DNA from: Dehalococcoidia bacterium
GTDB lineage: Bacteria > Chloroflexota > Dehalococcoidia > Lucifugimonadales > UBA1123
NCBI GenBank assembly: GCA_963422295.1
Contig: OY729417.1
Location: 1,917,537-1,981,536, forward strand
Direction: 5' to 3'
Length of the DNA: 64,000 nt
A model generated the notes under the pieces. The model was not told the origin of the DNA. It saw nothing but the letters and a program-made list of their open reading frames with translations, and ran no database searches. The translations under genes were made by a program, and so were the position numbers. Numbering within the stretch: the first letter of the stretch is position 1; each line of letters starts with the position of its first letter. This document shows, piece after piece, positions 19,964 through 28,184 of the stretch.

Positions 19964-20003
19964 AATACGCCTGCGCAAACTCTGCGCAGGCGTATTCTTT
20001 TTA
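19964..20003 (+). terminator. Rho-independent terminator after the ATPase gene
   Basis: Perfect 15-bp stem gaatacgcctgcgca / tgcgcaggcgtattc with a 4-nt loop, followed by TTTTTATT. Confidence 0.75.
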
Positions 20004-20057
20004 TTCGGCAAAGCCTTCGAGCAGGGCGCTAACGCGAGATACCGGCTTCGTTCGTTC

Positions 20058-21314
20058 TCAGTCTCCGAGTTCTGCGAGTCGCGCGTTGAGTATCCGCAAT
20101 CTTTGGGTGTAATCTGCCTCGTTTAGTTCTCCCGCTCGATGTCTCTGTGTGAGCTCGTTGATCATCGCGCGCAGGACGGCGCGTTCCTCTGTGCCCGAGA
20201 CAGTGTCGGCGCTGGGTGTCGTGTTCGTAGATACGCCGGCGGTTCGTCTACGTTTGCTGTCGCGCCTCCGAATCGAACCATAAACGAGCAGCGATGTCAT
20301 CAGCAGGCCGAGCGCGACAGGCGCGGCGAACTGGAACTCGATGCCCGAAAAACGGTTGCCGATTTTATCGACCAGCGTCGCCGTAGGCAGTTTGTCCAGA
20401 TCCAATACGATGCTTTCCTCCCGCGCTAGTCCATTCATCTCTATTACCCAGTATGGACGCTCCCCAATAATGACGGATTCCGGCGCGCCTAGTGCCTCGC
20501 CAGATATTTCCATCACCTCTTCTGGTGTTAGAATCCGCGCTGTTTCCGCGCCGTAGCGATAAGACTTGGATAGGGAGAACTTCTGCGTATCGTATGGGAA
20601 CTTATAAGAGAACATGATCTCGTGTTCACCGGGAGGAACGCTCGCGAGCAGCGCGAATCCTCTATCGACCTGTACGAAGTCCGCGCCGATGAGACCCGTA
20701 TCGAGATTTAGGTCGGTTGCGCCGGGCGGAAGGCCGAAGCGGAGCAGCTCCATAACGCCGGAGCCGGGGACATAGGCGAGGTTCGATCCGTTCACCAGCT
20801 CTACTATTTCCAGCGCGGCGACGGTCTGCGCCGTCTCGTCCACACTCGCCAGCAGAAGAGACACCGCTCCGGCGGACACTATCGAATCGTCCGAGCTCGA
20901 TTCATAAACCGTCAGTGTAACCGGCGCGGGGGAGCCGGCGGACAGATCGATGTCGGTGCCGTAAACCGTATTCTGATAGCGGACAGACACTCCGTATTCG
21001 AGCGCGGAATCGTAGTCGAACTCGAAGCGGAATCTACCGGATGCGTCTGTCGTGGCAGTGAGATCGTCCAGTATGGCATTGCCTACTCTGTGCAGGGTTA
21101 TCGGCTGGCCGGATTCGGATGCACCGTCTTTGGTGGCGTTCAGCACGATTCCGCTGACAGCCCGGGTCGTCGATTGGGCGTGAGGTTGCGCTTGCGTTTC
21201 GTGACCCGAAAACGATACTGCCAGAAAAACCGCTACGATAAAAATCGCAAATTTGAATGCCACCCGTGCCGTGAACCTCCCATGTTTTATGCTGTTAGAG
21301 CCGAGTTTATCCAA
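20058..21314 (-). CDS. hypothetical exported, C-terminally membrane-anchored protein (carboxypeptidase-regulatory-like N-domain)
   Basis: N-terminal signal/TM (FKFAIFIVAVFLAVSF). The segment GIVLNATKDG..TDASGRFRFEF is typical of CarboxypepD_reg-like beta-sandwiches. A TM near the C-terminus (APVALGLLMTSLLVY) is followed by a helical tail. Confidence 0.55.
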   Translation of the reverse strand: MDKLGSNSIKHGRFTARVAFKFAIFIVAVFLAVSFSGHETQAQPHAQSTTRAVSGIVLNATKDGASESGQPITLHRVGNAILDDLTATTDASGRFRFEFDYDSALEYGVSVRYQNTVYGTDIDLSAGSPAPVTLTVYESSSDDSIVSAGAVSLLLASVDETAQTVAALEIVELVNGSNLAYVPGSGVMELLRFGLPPGATDLNLDTGLIGADFVQVDRGFALLASVPPGEHEIMFSYKFPYDTQKFSLSKSYRYGAETARILTPEEVMEISGEALGAPESVIIGERPYWVIEMNGLAREESIVLDLDKLPTATLVDKIGNRFSGIEFQFAAPVALGLLMTSLLVYGSIRRRDSKRRRTAGVSTNTTPSADTVSGTEERAVLRAMINELTQRHRAGELNEADYTQRLRILNARLAELGD

Positions 21315-21410
21315 CTGAGAACGGGCGGGTCAACGCACATGCGCGCGCCTCGGCCCATTCATGAATATGTTCGAGACAATACCTGACGGTAATACCTGAC
21401 ATGGTACGCC

Positions 21411-22619
21411 ATGAACGATTACAATCGAGATTATCACTCGAATCATCAGGGGTCGAAATCGATGCTGGATTATTACAAAGTCTTGGACACACTTGGAGAT
21501 GAAGAAAAGCAGGTGCAGGCGTCAGCGCGCGTATTTTTGGATGCCGAGGCCGCGCCTGATATTGCCGATTACTGGGAGCGCGGCGAGTTTCCGATACACT
21601 TGATACCCATGCTCGGCGAGATGGGATACTTCGGCGCGAACCTGCCGCAGGAGTATGGTACGGCTGGCGTCAACAATATATCCTACGGTCTAATCATGTA
21701 CGAACTGGAGCGGATAGACTCCGGTCTCCGCAGCTTCGCCAGCGTGCAGGGTGCGCTGGTCATGTATCCGATATACTCCTACGGCTCTGAGGAGCAGCGG
21801 CGTGAGTATCTCCCAAAGCTGGCTTCTGGCAAGATGATCGGATGCTTTGGCCTGACAGAACATGAGGGAGGTTCCGATCCGGGCTCGATGCGGACGACGG
21901 CGCGTATGGACGGCGAAAGCTATGTGCTGAACGGTTCGAAGATGTGGATTACCAACGGCAGTATTGCGGATATTGCGCTGGTATGGGCCTCGGATGATGA
22001 TGGAATCGTTCGAGGTTTCCTAGTTCCGACCGATACACCCGGTTTCACTGCCAACAAGATCGAGCGCAAGATGAGTATGCGCGCTTCGGTTACGAGCGAA
22101 CTGGTGATGGCCGATTGTCGCGTGCCGGCGACTGCGATGCTGCCCGGTGTTCGAGGATTGCGCGGGCCGCTGTCTTGTCTGACGCAAGCGCGCTATGGCA
22201 TTACATGGGGTGTACTTGGCGCGATAGAGTCTGTCTATCAGGACGCTCTGGATTTCGCGCAGTCGCGCCAAACCTTCGGCCAGCCGATAGCTTCTCGCCA
22301 GCTCGTGCAGGACAAGTTGGTGAATATGGTTGCCGATCATACGCGCGGTCTGCTGTTGTGCTGGCGGCTGGGTGTCCTGAAAGACAGAGGCGAGATGAGT
22401 TTTGCGCAAGTGTCTCTGGCGAAGCGAGAAAATGTTCGCGCCGCGCTGAACGCCGCCAGAACCGCGCGGGAAGTGCTGGGCGGCTCCGGTATCGTCTTGG
22501 ATCATCCGGCCATTCGGCATATGCTGAATCTCGAAACCGTGGATACATACGAAGGAACGCGCGACATACACACGATGATATTGGGACGCGACCTCACCGG
22601 ACATAATGCGTTGGAGTAG
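21411..22619 (+). CDS. acyl-CoA dehydrogenase (glutaryl-CoA dehydrogenase-like)
   Basis: GCFGLTEHEGGSDPGS, WITNG and a C-terminal YEGT.DIH block. An alternative start lies at 21462. Confidence 0.9.
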   Translation: MNDYNRDYHSNHQGSKSMLDYYKVLDTLGDEEKQVQASARVFLDAEAAPDIADYWERGEFPIHLIPMLGEMGYFGANLPQEYGTAGVNNISYGLIMYELERIDSGLRSFASVQGALVMYPIYSYGSEEQRREYLPKLASGKMIGCFGLTEHEGGSDPGSMRTTARMDGESYVLNGSKMWITNGSIADIALVWASDDDGIVRGFLVPTDTPGFTANKIERKMSMRASVTSELVMADCRVPATAMLPGVRGLRGPLSCLTQARYGITWGVLGAIESVYQDALDFAQSRQTFGQPIASRQLVQDKLVNMVADHTRGLLLCWRLGVLKDRGEMSFAQVSLAKRENVRAALNAARTAREVLGGSGIVLDHPAIRHMLNLETVDTYEGTRDIHTMILGRDLTGHNALE

Positions 22620-22715
22620 GCGTGTTCGATGTCGCGGCTTGGGCGCAGGCCGATTCGCCCAGTTTCGCCTCACAGGAGTCGTTCGATCGGCAGAGTCATA
22701 AATCGGAGGCTTTCG

Positions 22716-23498
22716 ATGGCGACTAGTTTGATGAGTCAGAGTATGGTGATCGATAAGAAAGTGCAGCGCTCATCGCCGCTGCCCAGACCACCCCTTGGAC
22801 CGGAGTCTATGCAGCAAGAACCTACTAACACCGAAACTCGCTCTATTCTGAGGACTCATTTCGAGGGTCGTTCTGATGTGTTAGTGGGGGGTGAGGGTTA
22901 TCTGTGTTTCGACACAGCGATTCGGGATGATTGGCTGATTCCCGACTGCATAGTTGCGTTCGGAGTAGATCCCGAGACGGTTCGAGAGCGTATGGGATAT
23001 GTGATAAACGAGGTTGGCAAGCCACCGGACTTCGTGCTGGAGATAGCGTCTCGGAGTACTGGCAGGGCGGACTATGGCCGCAAGCGTATTTTGTATGCGA
23101 AATACGGAGTAGCAGAGTTTTGGCGCAGCGACTATACAGGCGGGATGTATCACGACAAGCCATTGGCAGGCGATATGCTGGTAGATGGCGAATACATACC
23201 GATAGAGTTGGAGTATATATCTGACGGTATGATTCGAGGATACAGTAATGTATTGGAACTGTATCTATGCTGGGAGTATGGCCGTCTGCGTTTCTACGAC
23301 CCGAAGAGGGGTGAATATCTGCGCAGCCTGGGAGAACAGGCTATCCGCGCTGATGTGGAGGCTGTTCGCGCTGATGCGGAGGCTGTTCGCGCTGATGCCG
23401 AGGCTATCCGCGCTGATGCGGAGGCTGTTCGCGCTGATGCGGAGGCTGCCGAAGTTAGACGACTGAGGAGAATCCTTCGTGAGCGAGGTCTGGAGTAG
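22716..23498 (+). CDS. Uma2 (DUF820) family PD-(D/E)xK nuclease-like protein, copy 1 (260 aa, 5 heptads)
   Basis: LIPDCIVAFG...PPDFVLEIASRST...KRILYAKYGVAEFWRSD matches the Uma2 PD..E-I-x-S..K..Y..G..E-[YF]-W pattern. The start is set at MATSL by analogy with copies 2-4, which share the same RBS. Confidence 0.8.
   Translation: MATSLMSQSMVIDKKVQRSSPLPRPPLGPESMQQEPTNTETRSILRTHFEGRSDVLVGGEGYLCFDTAIRDDWLIPDCIVAFGVDPETVRERMGYVINEVGKPPDFVLEIASRSTGRADYGRKRILYAKYGVAEFWRSDYTGGMYHDKPLAGDMLVDGEYIPIELEYISDGMIRGYSNVLELYLCWEYGRLRFYDPKRGEYLRSLGEQAIRADVEAVRADAEAVRADAEAIRADAEAVRADAEAAEVRRLRRILRERGLE
23340..23444 (+). repeat. 5 x 21-bp in-frame tandem repeat (A-[VI]-R-A-D-x-E heptads)
   Basis: gct[ag]t[ct]cgcgctgatg[tc]ggag units read directly from the sequence. 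Confidence 0.95.
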
Positions 23499-23551
23499 TT
23501 CTGTAAGCTCTTGCGCGCAGGCGGAGCGGAGTCATAAATCGGAGGCTTTCG

Positions 23552-24313
23552 ATGGCGACTAGTTTGATGAGTCAGAGTATGGTGATCGATAAGAAAGTGC
23601 AGCGCTCATCGCCGCTGCCCAGACCACCCCTTGGACCGGAGTCTATGCAGCAAGAACCTGCCAACACCGAAACTCGCTCTATTCTGAGGACTCATTTCGA
23701 GGGTCGTTCTGATGTGTTAGTGGGGGGTGAGGGTTATCTGTGTTTCGACACAGCGATTCGGGATGATTGGCTGATTCCCGATTGCATAGTTGCGTTCGGA
23801 GTAGATCCCGAGACGATTCGAGAGCGCATGGGATATGTGATAAACGAGGTTGGCAAGCCACCGGACTTCGTGCTGGAGATAGCGTCTCGGAGTACTGGCA
23901 GGGCGGACTATGGTCGCAAGCGTATTTTGTATGCTAAATACGGAGTAGCAGAGTTTTGGCGCAGCGACTATACAGGCGGGATGTATCACGACAAGCCATT
24001 GGCAGGCGATATGCTGGTAGATGGCGAATACATACCGATAGAGTTGGAGTATATATCTGAAGGTGTGATTCGAGGATACAGCAAAGTATTGGAGCTGTAT
24101 CTATGCTGGGAGTATGGCCGTCTGCGTTTCTACGACCCGAAGAGGGGTGAATATCTGCGCAGCCTGGGAGAACAGGCTATCCGCGCGGATGCCGAGGCTG
24201 TTCGCGCTGATACGGAGGCTGTCCGCGCTGATGCGGAGGCTATCCGCGCTGATGCCGAGGCTGCTGAAGTTAGACGTCTGAGGAGAATCCTTCGTGAGCG
24301 AGGTCTGGAGTAG
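23552..24313 (+). CDS. Uma2 family nuclease-like protein, copy 2 (253 aa, 4 heptads)
   Basis: Same motifs as copy 1, with GGAGG RBS. The heptad repeat occupies 24176-24259. Confidence 0.8.
   Translation: MATSLMSQSMVIDKKVQRSSPLPRPPLGPESMQQEPANTETRSILRTHFEGRSDVLVGGEGYLCFDTAIRDDWLIPDCIVAFGVDPETIRERMGYVINEVGKPPDFVLEIASRSTGRADYGRKRILYAKYGVAEFWRSDYTGGMYHDKPLAGDMLVDGEYIPIELEYISEGVIRGYSKVLELYLCWEYGRLRFYDPKRGEYLRSLGEQAIRADAEAVRADTEAVRADAEAIRADAEAAEVRRLRRILRERGLE
24176..24259 (+). repeat. 4 x 21-bp in-frame tandem repeat
   Basis: Read directly; encodes AIRADAE AVRADTE AVRADAE AIRADAE. Confidence 0.95.
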
Positions 24314-24366
24314 TTCTGCAAGCTCTTGCGGGCAGGCGGAGCGGAGTCATAAATCGGAGGCTTTCG

Positions 24367-25107
24367 ATGGCGACTAGTTTGATGAGTCAGAGTATGGTGA
24401 CCGATAAGAAAGTGCAGCGCTCATCGCCGCTGCCCAGACCACCCCTTGGACCGGAGTCTATGCAGCAAGAACCTGCCAACACCGAAACTCGCTCTATCCT
24501 GAGGGTTCACTTCGAGGGTCGTTCTGATGTGTTAGTAGGGGGTGAGGGTTATCTGTGTTTCGACACAGCGATTCGGGATGATTGGCTGATTCCCGATTGC
24601 ATAGTCGCGTTCGGAGTAGATCCCGAGACGATTCGAGAGCGCATGGGATATGTGATAAACGAGGTTGGCAAGCCACCGGACTTCGTGTTGGAGATAGCGT
24701 CTCGGAGTACTGGCAGGGCGGACTATGGTCGCAAGCGTATTTTGTATGCGAAATACGGAGTAGCAGAGTTTTGGCGCAGCGACTATACAGGCGGGATGTA
24801 TCACGACAAGCCATTGGCAGGCGATATGCTGGTAGATGGCGAATACATACCGATAGAGTTGGAGTATATATCTGACGGTATGATTCGAGGATACAGTAAT
24901 GTATTGGAGCTGTATCTATGCTGGGAGTACGGCCGTCTGCGTTTCTACGACCCGAAGAGGGGTGAATATCTGCGCAGCCTGGGAGAACAGGCTATCCGTG
25001 CTGATGTGGAGGCTGTTCGCGCTGATGCGGAGGCTGTTCGCGCTGATGCCGAGGCTGCCGAAGTTAGACGACTGAGGAGAATCCTTCGTGAGCGAGGTCT
25101 GGAGTAG
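24367..25107 (+). CDS. Uma2 family nuclease-like protein, copy 3 (246 aa, 3 heptads)
   Basis: Same motifs as copy 1, with GGAGG RBS. The heptad repeat occupies 24991-25053. Confidence 0.8.
   Translation: MATSLMSQSMVTDKKVQRSSPLPRPPLGPESMQQEPANTETRSILRVHFEGRSDVLVGGEGYLCFDTAIRDDWLIPDCIVAFGVDPETIRERMGYVINEVGKPPDFVLEIASRSTGRADYGRKRILYAKYGVAEFWRSDYTGGMYHDKPLAGDMLVDGEYIPIELEYISDGMIRGYSNVLELYLCWEYGRLRFYDPKRGEYLRSLGEQAIRADVEAVRADAEAVRADAEAAEVRRLRRILRERGLE
24991..25053 (+). repeat. 3 x 21-bp in-frame tandem repeat
   Basis: Read directly; encodes AIRADVE AVRADAE AVRADAE. Confidence 0.95.
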
Positions 25108-25160
25108 TTCTGTAAGCTCTTGCGGGCAGGCGGAGCAGAGTCATAAATCGGAGGCTTTCG

Positions 25161-25838
25161 ATGGCGACTAGTCTGACGAGTCAGAGTATGGTGACCGATA
25201 AGAAAGTGCAGCGCTCATCGCCGCTGCCCAGACCACCCCTTGGACCGGAGTCTATGCAGCAAGAACCTGCCAACACCGAAACTCGCTCTATTCTGAGGGT
25301 TCACTTCGAGGGTCGTTCTGATGTGTTAGTAGGGGGTGAGGGTTATCTGTGTTTCGACACAGCGATTCGGGATGATTGGCTGATTCCCGATTGCATAGTC
25401 GCGTTCGGAGTAGATCCCGAGACGATTCGAGAGCGCATGGGATATGTGATAAACGAGGTTGGCAAGCCACCGGACTTCGTGTTGGAGATAGCGTCTCGGA
25501 GTACTGGCAGGGCGGACTATGGTCGCAAGCGTATTTTGTATGCGAAATACGGAGTAGCAGAGTTTTGGCGCAGCGACTATACAGGCGGGATGTATCACGA
25601 CAAGCCATTGGCAGGCGATATGCTGGTAGATGGCGAATACATACCGATAGAGTTGGAGTATATATCTGACGGTGTGATTCGAGGATACAGTAATGTATTG
25701 GAGCTGTATCTATGCTGGGAGTATGGTCGTTTGCGTTTCTACGACCCGAAGAGGGGTGAATATCTGCGCAACCTGGGAGAACAGGCTGCCGATGTAAGAC
25801 GGCTGAGGGAACGCCTGCGCGAGTTAGAGCGGGAGTAG
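25161..25838 (+). CDS. Uma2 family nuclease-like protein, copy 4 (225 aa, no heptad repeat, divergent tail)
   Basis: The core is identical to the other copies, but the tail reads EQAADVRRLRERLRELERE. Confidence 0.8.
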   Translation: MATSLTSQSMVTDKKVQRSSPLPRPPLGPESMQQEPANTETRSILRVHFEGRSDVLVGGEGYLCFDTAIRDDWLIPDCIVAFGVDPETIRERMGYVINEVGKPPDFVLEIASRSTGRADYGRKRILYAKYGVAEFWRSDYTGGMYHDKPLAGDMLVDGEYIPIELEYISDGVIRGYSNVLELYLCWEYGRLRFYDPKRGEYLRNLGEQAADVRRLRERLRELERE

Positions 25839-25872
25839 CTCCGGTCTTGCTGATCGCGGATACTAGTACTGT

Positions 25873-26676
25873 CTATGATACCGTGAATTGCGCCTTTCCT
25901 AGCTCTTCGATGACTATCTCTGCGAAGTCCCCTCGCTGCAGCGTATGTGGTGGCGCGAAGCTGCCGGTCAGCACGATTTCGCCTGCCTTCAGGCCGATGT
26001 CTCTGGCAGCCAATGTGTTTGCAAGCCAAGCGAGTGGCTCGACCGGATGTCCCATTACATCTCGCCCTCGCCCTTCGCCGACTACCTCGCCGTTGACCAG
26101 CATCGCGCCGCGCGCGTCGGCCAAATCTATGGTTCCCCAATCCGTTGTTGGGGCGCCGATTACGGCGCCTGCGTTGCTGATGTTTGTTACGATTGCTTTT
26201 AGGAACGGGGTCGGGCTCGAGCCGTCAACGGCTTGCCTACCGTCCACCAGCTCGAACGAAGGCGCAAGCCATTCGATGTAATTGGAGACGCTCTCCCGCG
26301 TGTAGGGCGCGGCAGACGGGGGTATATCTCGTCCTATGAGGACAGCGACTTCGCATTCGATGCCCAAGCGTTCATAGCCGCTCGCGTCTATCTTCGCCGG
26401 AGATTCATGGACTCGTCCGGAGAGTATCAGCCCCGAACATGGCGAGCTTATCCCGGCGCGTCGTTGCATCACGGCGTTGGTGTATGCGATCTTGTAACCA
26501 GCAGGCGGACCGTGCAGTTCTGCCAAGCGCTTCAGGAACATGTCTTGAATGGCGTATGCCTCCGTCTCCGAGCGGGGCGCGAAGTCTTGCGCCATGATGT
26601 CCAGTGGTCTGCGCGCGCGGTACTCCGACGCCAGATATTCGCCGGCTCGCCTTATGGTATCTTCCTGTTGGGTCAT
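25873..26676 (-). CDS. 2-keto-4-pentenoate hydratase / fumarylacetoacetate hydrolase-type hydratase-decarboxylase family protein
   Basis: 267 aa. The pattern AY.IQD....GYKIAYTN...Q...G...P..G.I and the C-terminal GEIVLTGS are typical of MhpD/HpcG-like hydratases. Confidence 0.75.
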   Translation of the reverse strand: MTQQEDTIRRAGEYLASEYRARRPLDIMAQDFAPRSETEAYAIQDMFLKRLAELHGPPAGYKIAYTNAVMQRRAGISSPCSGLILSGRVHESPAKIDASGYERLGIECEVAVLIGRDIPPSAAPYTRESVSNYIEWLAPSFELVDGRQAVDGSSPTPFLKAIVTNISNAGAVIGAPTTDWGTIDLADARGAMLVNGEVVGEGRGRDVMGHPVEPLAWLANTLAARDIGLKAGEIVLTGSFAPPHTLQRGDFAEIVIEELGKAQFTVS

Positions 26677-26707
26677 GGCCTCTCCTATTGGATATATCTA
26701 TTCCTGT

Positions 26708-27970
26708 TCACATCGCTGCGACTAGCTTGTCGCCGAACTCTGGCGGGTCGCTGCGTTCTATAACCAGATCCCGCGCTTCGTGGAATTGCATGAAGTCGCG
26801 CATGGCTCGCGCTACCGACGACGCCAGCCGCGCGCTTGGTCGGACGCCAGGTTCCAAATACAGATTTTTCAGCCGAAGAAGCCCGGTCTTGCGCTCCAGC
26901 TTCGGATCGAAGCGGCCAACGAGACGATCGCGGTCGAGAATCGGAAGGCAGAAATAGCCCCAGATTCGTTCTGGCCCAGGTTTGTAGCATTCTAGCACTT
27001 GTGAGAACTTCCAAAAGCTCATGTCACGGCCTTTGGCCCAGAACAGGCTGTCGAAGGGGTTCAAGAATGTAGTACGGCGCGGCTTCGATTCTCCGTCCAC
27101 CGCCTGTTCCAGCAGCGACATATTGTCTCTATGTATGAGCAGATCGTGTGTCTGCTTATCAGCTAGAACAGCTCGTATAGGTACGAACACGCCGTCTGCT
27201 ATGAGCTCGTCTATAAACGGTTTTGTTTCAGTGCGTTTCATGTGCATATAGTCGCCAACCTGCGCCGGGGCGCATACGCCGAATGCCTTCATCGACATCT
27301 CCAGCAGATACTTGAAAGCCTCCTCTTCGGTCGGCTCGCCGAGATCTACCCATGCGGGCAGCACCCTGTCGCGCAGGTCGTATATCCGCTGAAAGTTCAC
27401 GCGGTTGGCGATGGCAAGTTCCCCTGTATCGTATAGATGTTCGAGGGCTATCTTAGCGTGATCCCAATTCCACCAGCTGCCCGGCGCTCTCTGCCCGGTT
27501 CTGAAATCCGCCGGTCGGGCAGGCCCATTGGCTGTTACATGTTCGAGTACCGATTCTACGAACTTGCGATTGTCCTGATCGGCTATCCAGCGTCTATGCC
27601 AGCTTCCCCTGCCATTGGCGCGTCTGCGCATCATCGGCATCAGATACCGGTATTTGCTCAGCGGAACGATGCATGCGGCGTGCGCCCAGTATTCGAATAG
27701 GCGGCGCGCATTGTGTGGGGAGTTGCTGCCGTCGTCGAACAGTAGGCGGTCGAGGTGTGCGGGGGCATAGCTGCCGAGACGGCTCCACAGCGTCAGATAC
27801 TGAGCGCGGTTGACCACCTGAAGCGTGTCTATCTGCACCCAGCCGATGCGTTCGATTGCGGAGTATATCTCCTCGACGCTCGGATTCCGTGAGGCAGAAG
27901 CGGGGTTCGACAGCCCTTGCGCATGGATGGCAATGGCTCGAACCGCGCTCAGCGGATATGTAGATGTCAA
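26708..27970 (-). CDS. YcaQ/AlkZ-like winged-helix DNA glycosylase family protein (DUF1006)
   Basis: IGWVQIDTLQVVNRAQYLTLWSR contains a Q-phi-D motif. FEYWAHAACIVP and LPILDRDRLVGRFDPK are family blocks. Confidence 0.75.
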   Translation of the reverse strand: MTSTYPLSAVRAIAIHAQGLSNPASASRNPSVEEIYSAIERIGWVQIDTLQVVNRAQYLTLWSRLGSYAPAHLDRLLFDDGSNSPHNARRLFEYWAHAACIVPLSKYRYLMPMMRRRANGRGSWHRRWIADQDNRKFVESVLEHVTANGPARPADFRTGQRAPGSWWNWDHAKIALEHLYDTGELAIANRVNFQRIYDLRDRVLPAWVDLGEPTEEEAFKYLLEMSMKAFGVCAPAQVGDYMHMKRTETKPFIDELIADGVFVPIRAVLADKQTHDLLIHRDNMSLLEQAVDGESKPRRTTFLNPFDSLFWAKGRDMSFWKFSQVLECYKPGPERIWGYFCLPILDRDRLVGRFDPKLERKTGLLRLKNLYLEPGVRPSARLASSVARAMRDFMQFHEARDLVIERSDPPEFGDKLVAAM

Positions 27971-28184
27971 AATCGTCGCATCCTCACTCGGTTTGGGGCG
28001 GGCTAGACAGTGCAGTACAATGATAGAGAATAATATACTCGATTATACAAATATATATTCATGTCGCCCTAACTGGATCGCAGCTATCTGCGGGCACACT
28101 CTTGAGTTGCCTGCTTTCTGGTCTTCATCCTATGATTGTACGCATCGTATCCGCTTTGTACGGTTCATATATCTCAGAAAGGCA

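Larger units (their letters stand above)
22693..25838 (+). repeat. tandem array of four gene-plus-spacer units (periods 836, 815, 794 bp)
   Basis: Start-to-start distances are 22716 to 23552 to 24367 to 25161. The 53-nt spacers are near-identical and end in tcataaatcggaggctttcg before each ATG. Only scattered substitutions distinguish the units. Confidence 0.95.

Noticed and set aside
22629-22715. 29-codon N-terminal extension of Uma2 copy 1 (the tracked ORF starts at 22629).
   Set aside because: Copies 2-4 all begin at MATSL, directly after the same tcataaatcggaggctttcg RBS-containing sequence. The extension is Arg-rich, has no counterpart in the other copies, and begins 9 nt after the acyl-CoA dehydrogenase stop.
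22843-25669. Recurring antisense or alternative-frame ORFs of 90-106 aa inside each Uma2 copy (for example 22843-23163, 22881-23153, 22931-23224 and their repeats).
   Set aside because: They recur only because the underlying DNA is duplicated. They have no independent signals, and the sense frame carries the recognisable nuclease motifs.
22693-25838. The Uma2 array as an insertion sequence, transposon or CRISPR-like array.
   Set aside because: There is no transposase or integrase, and no terminal inverted repeats. The units are whole genes of about 800 bp with conserved RBS spacers, not short repeats separated by unique spacers.
27825-28184. 120-codon N-terminal extension of the PIG-L deacetylase ORF.
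   Set aside because: It overlaps the 5' end of the convergently annotated ycaQ-like gene and the AT-rich intergenic region. The conserved PIG-L domain starts right after the internal ATG at 28185, which has a GAAAGG upstream.
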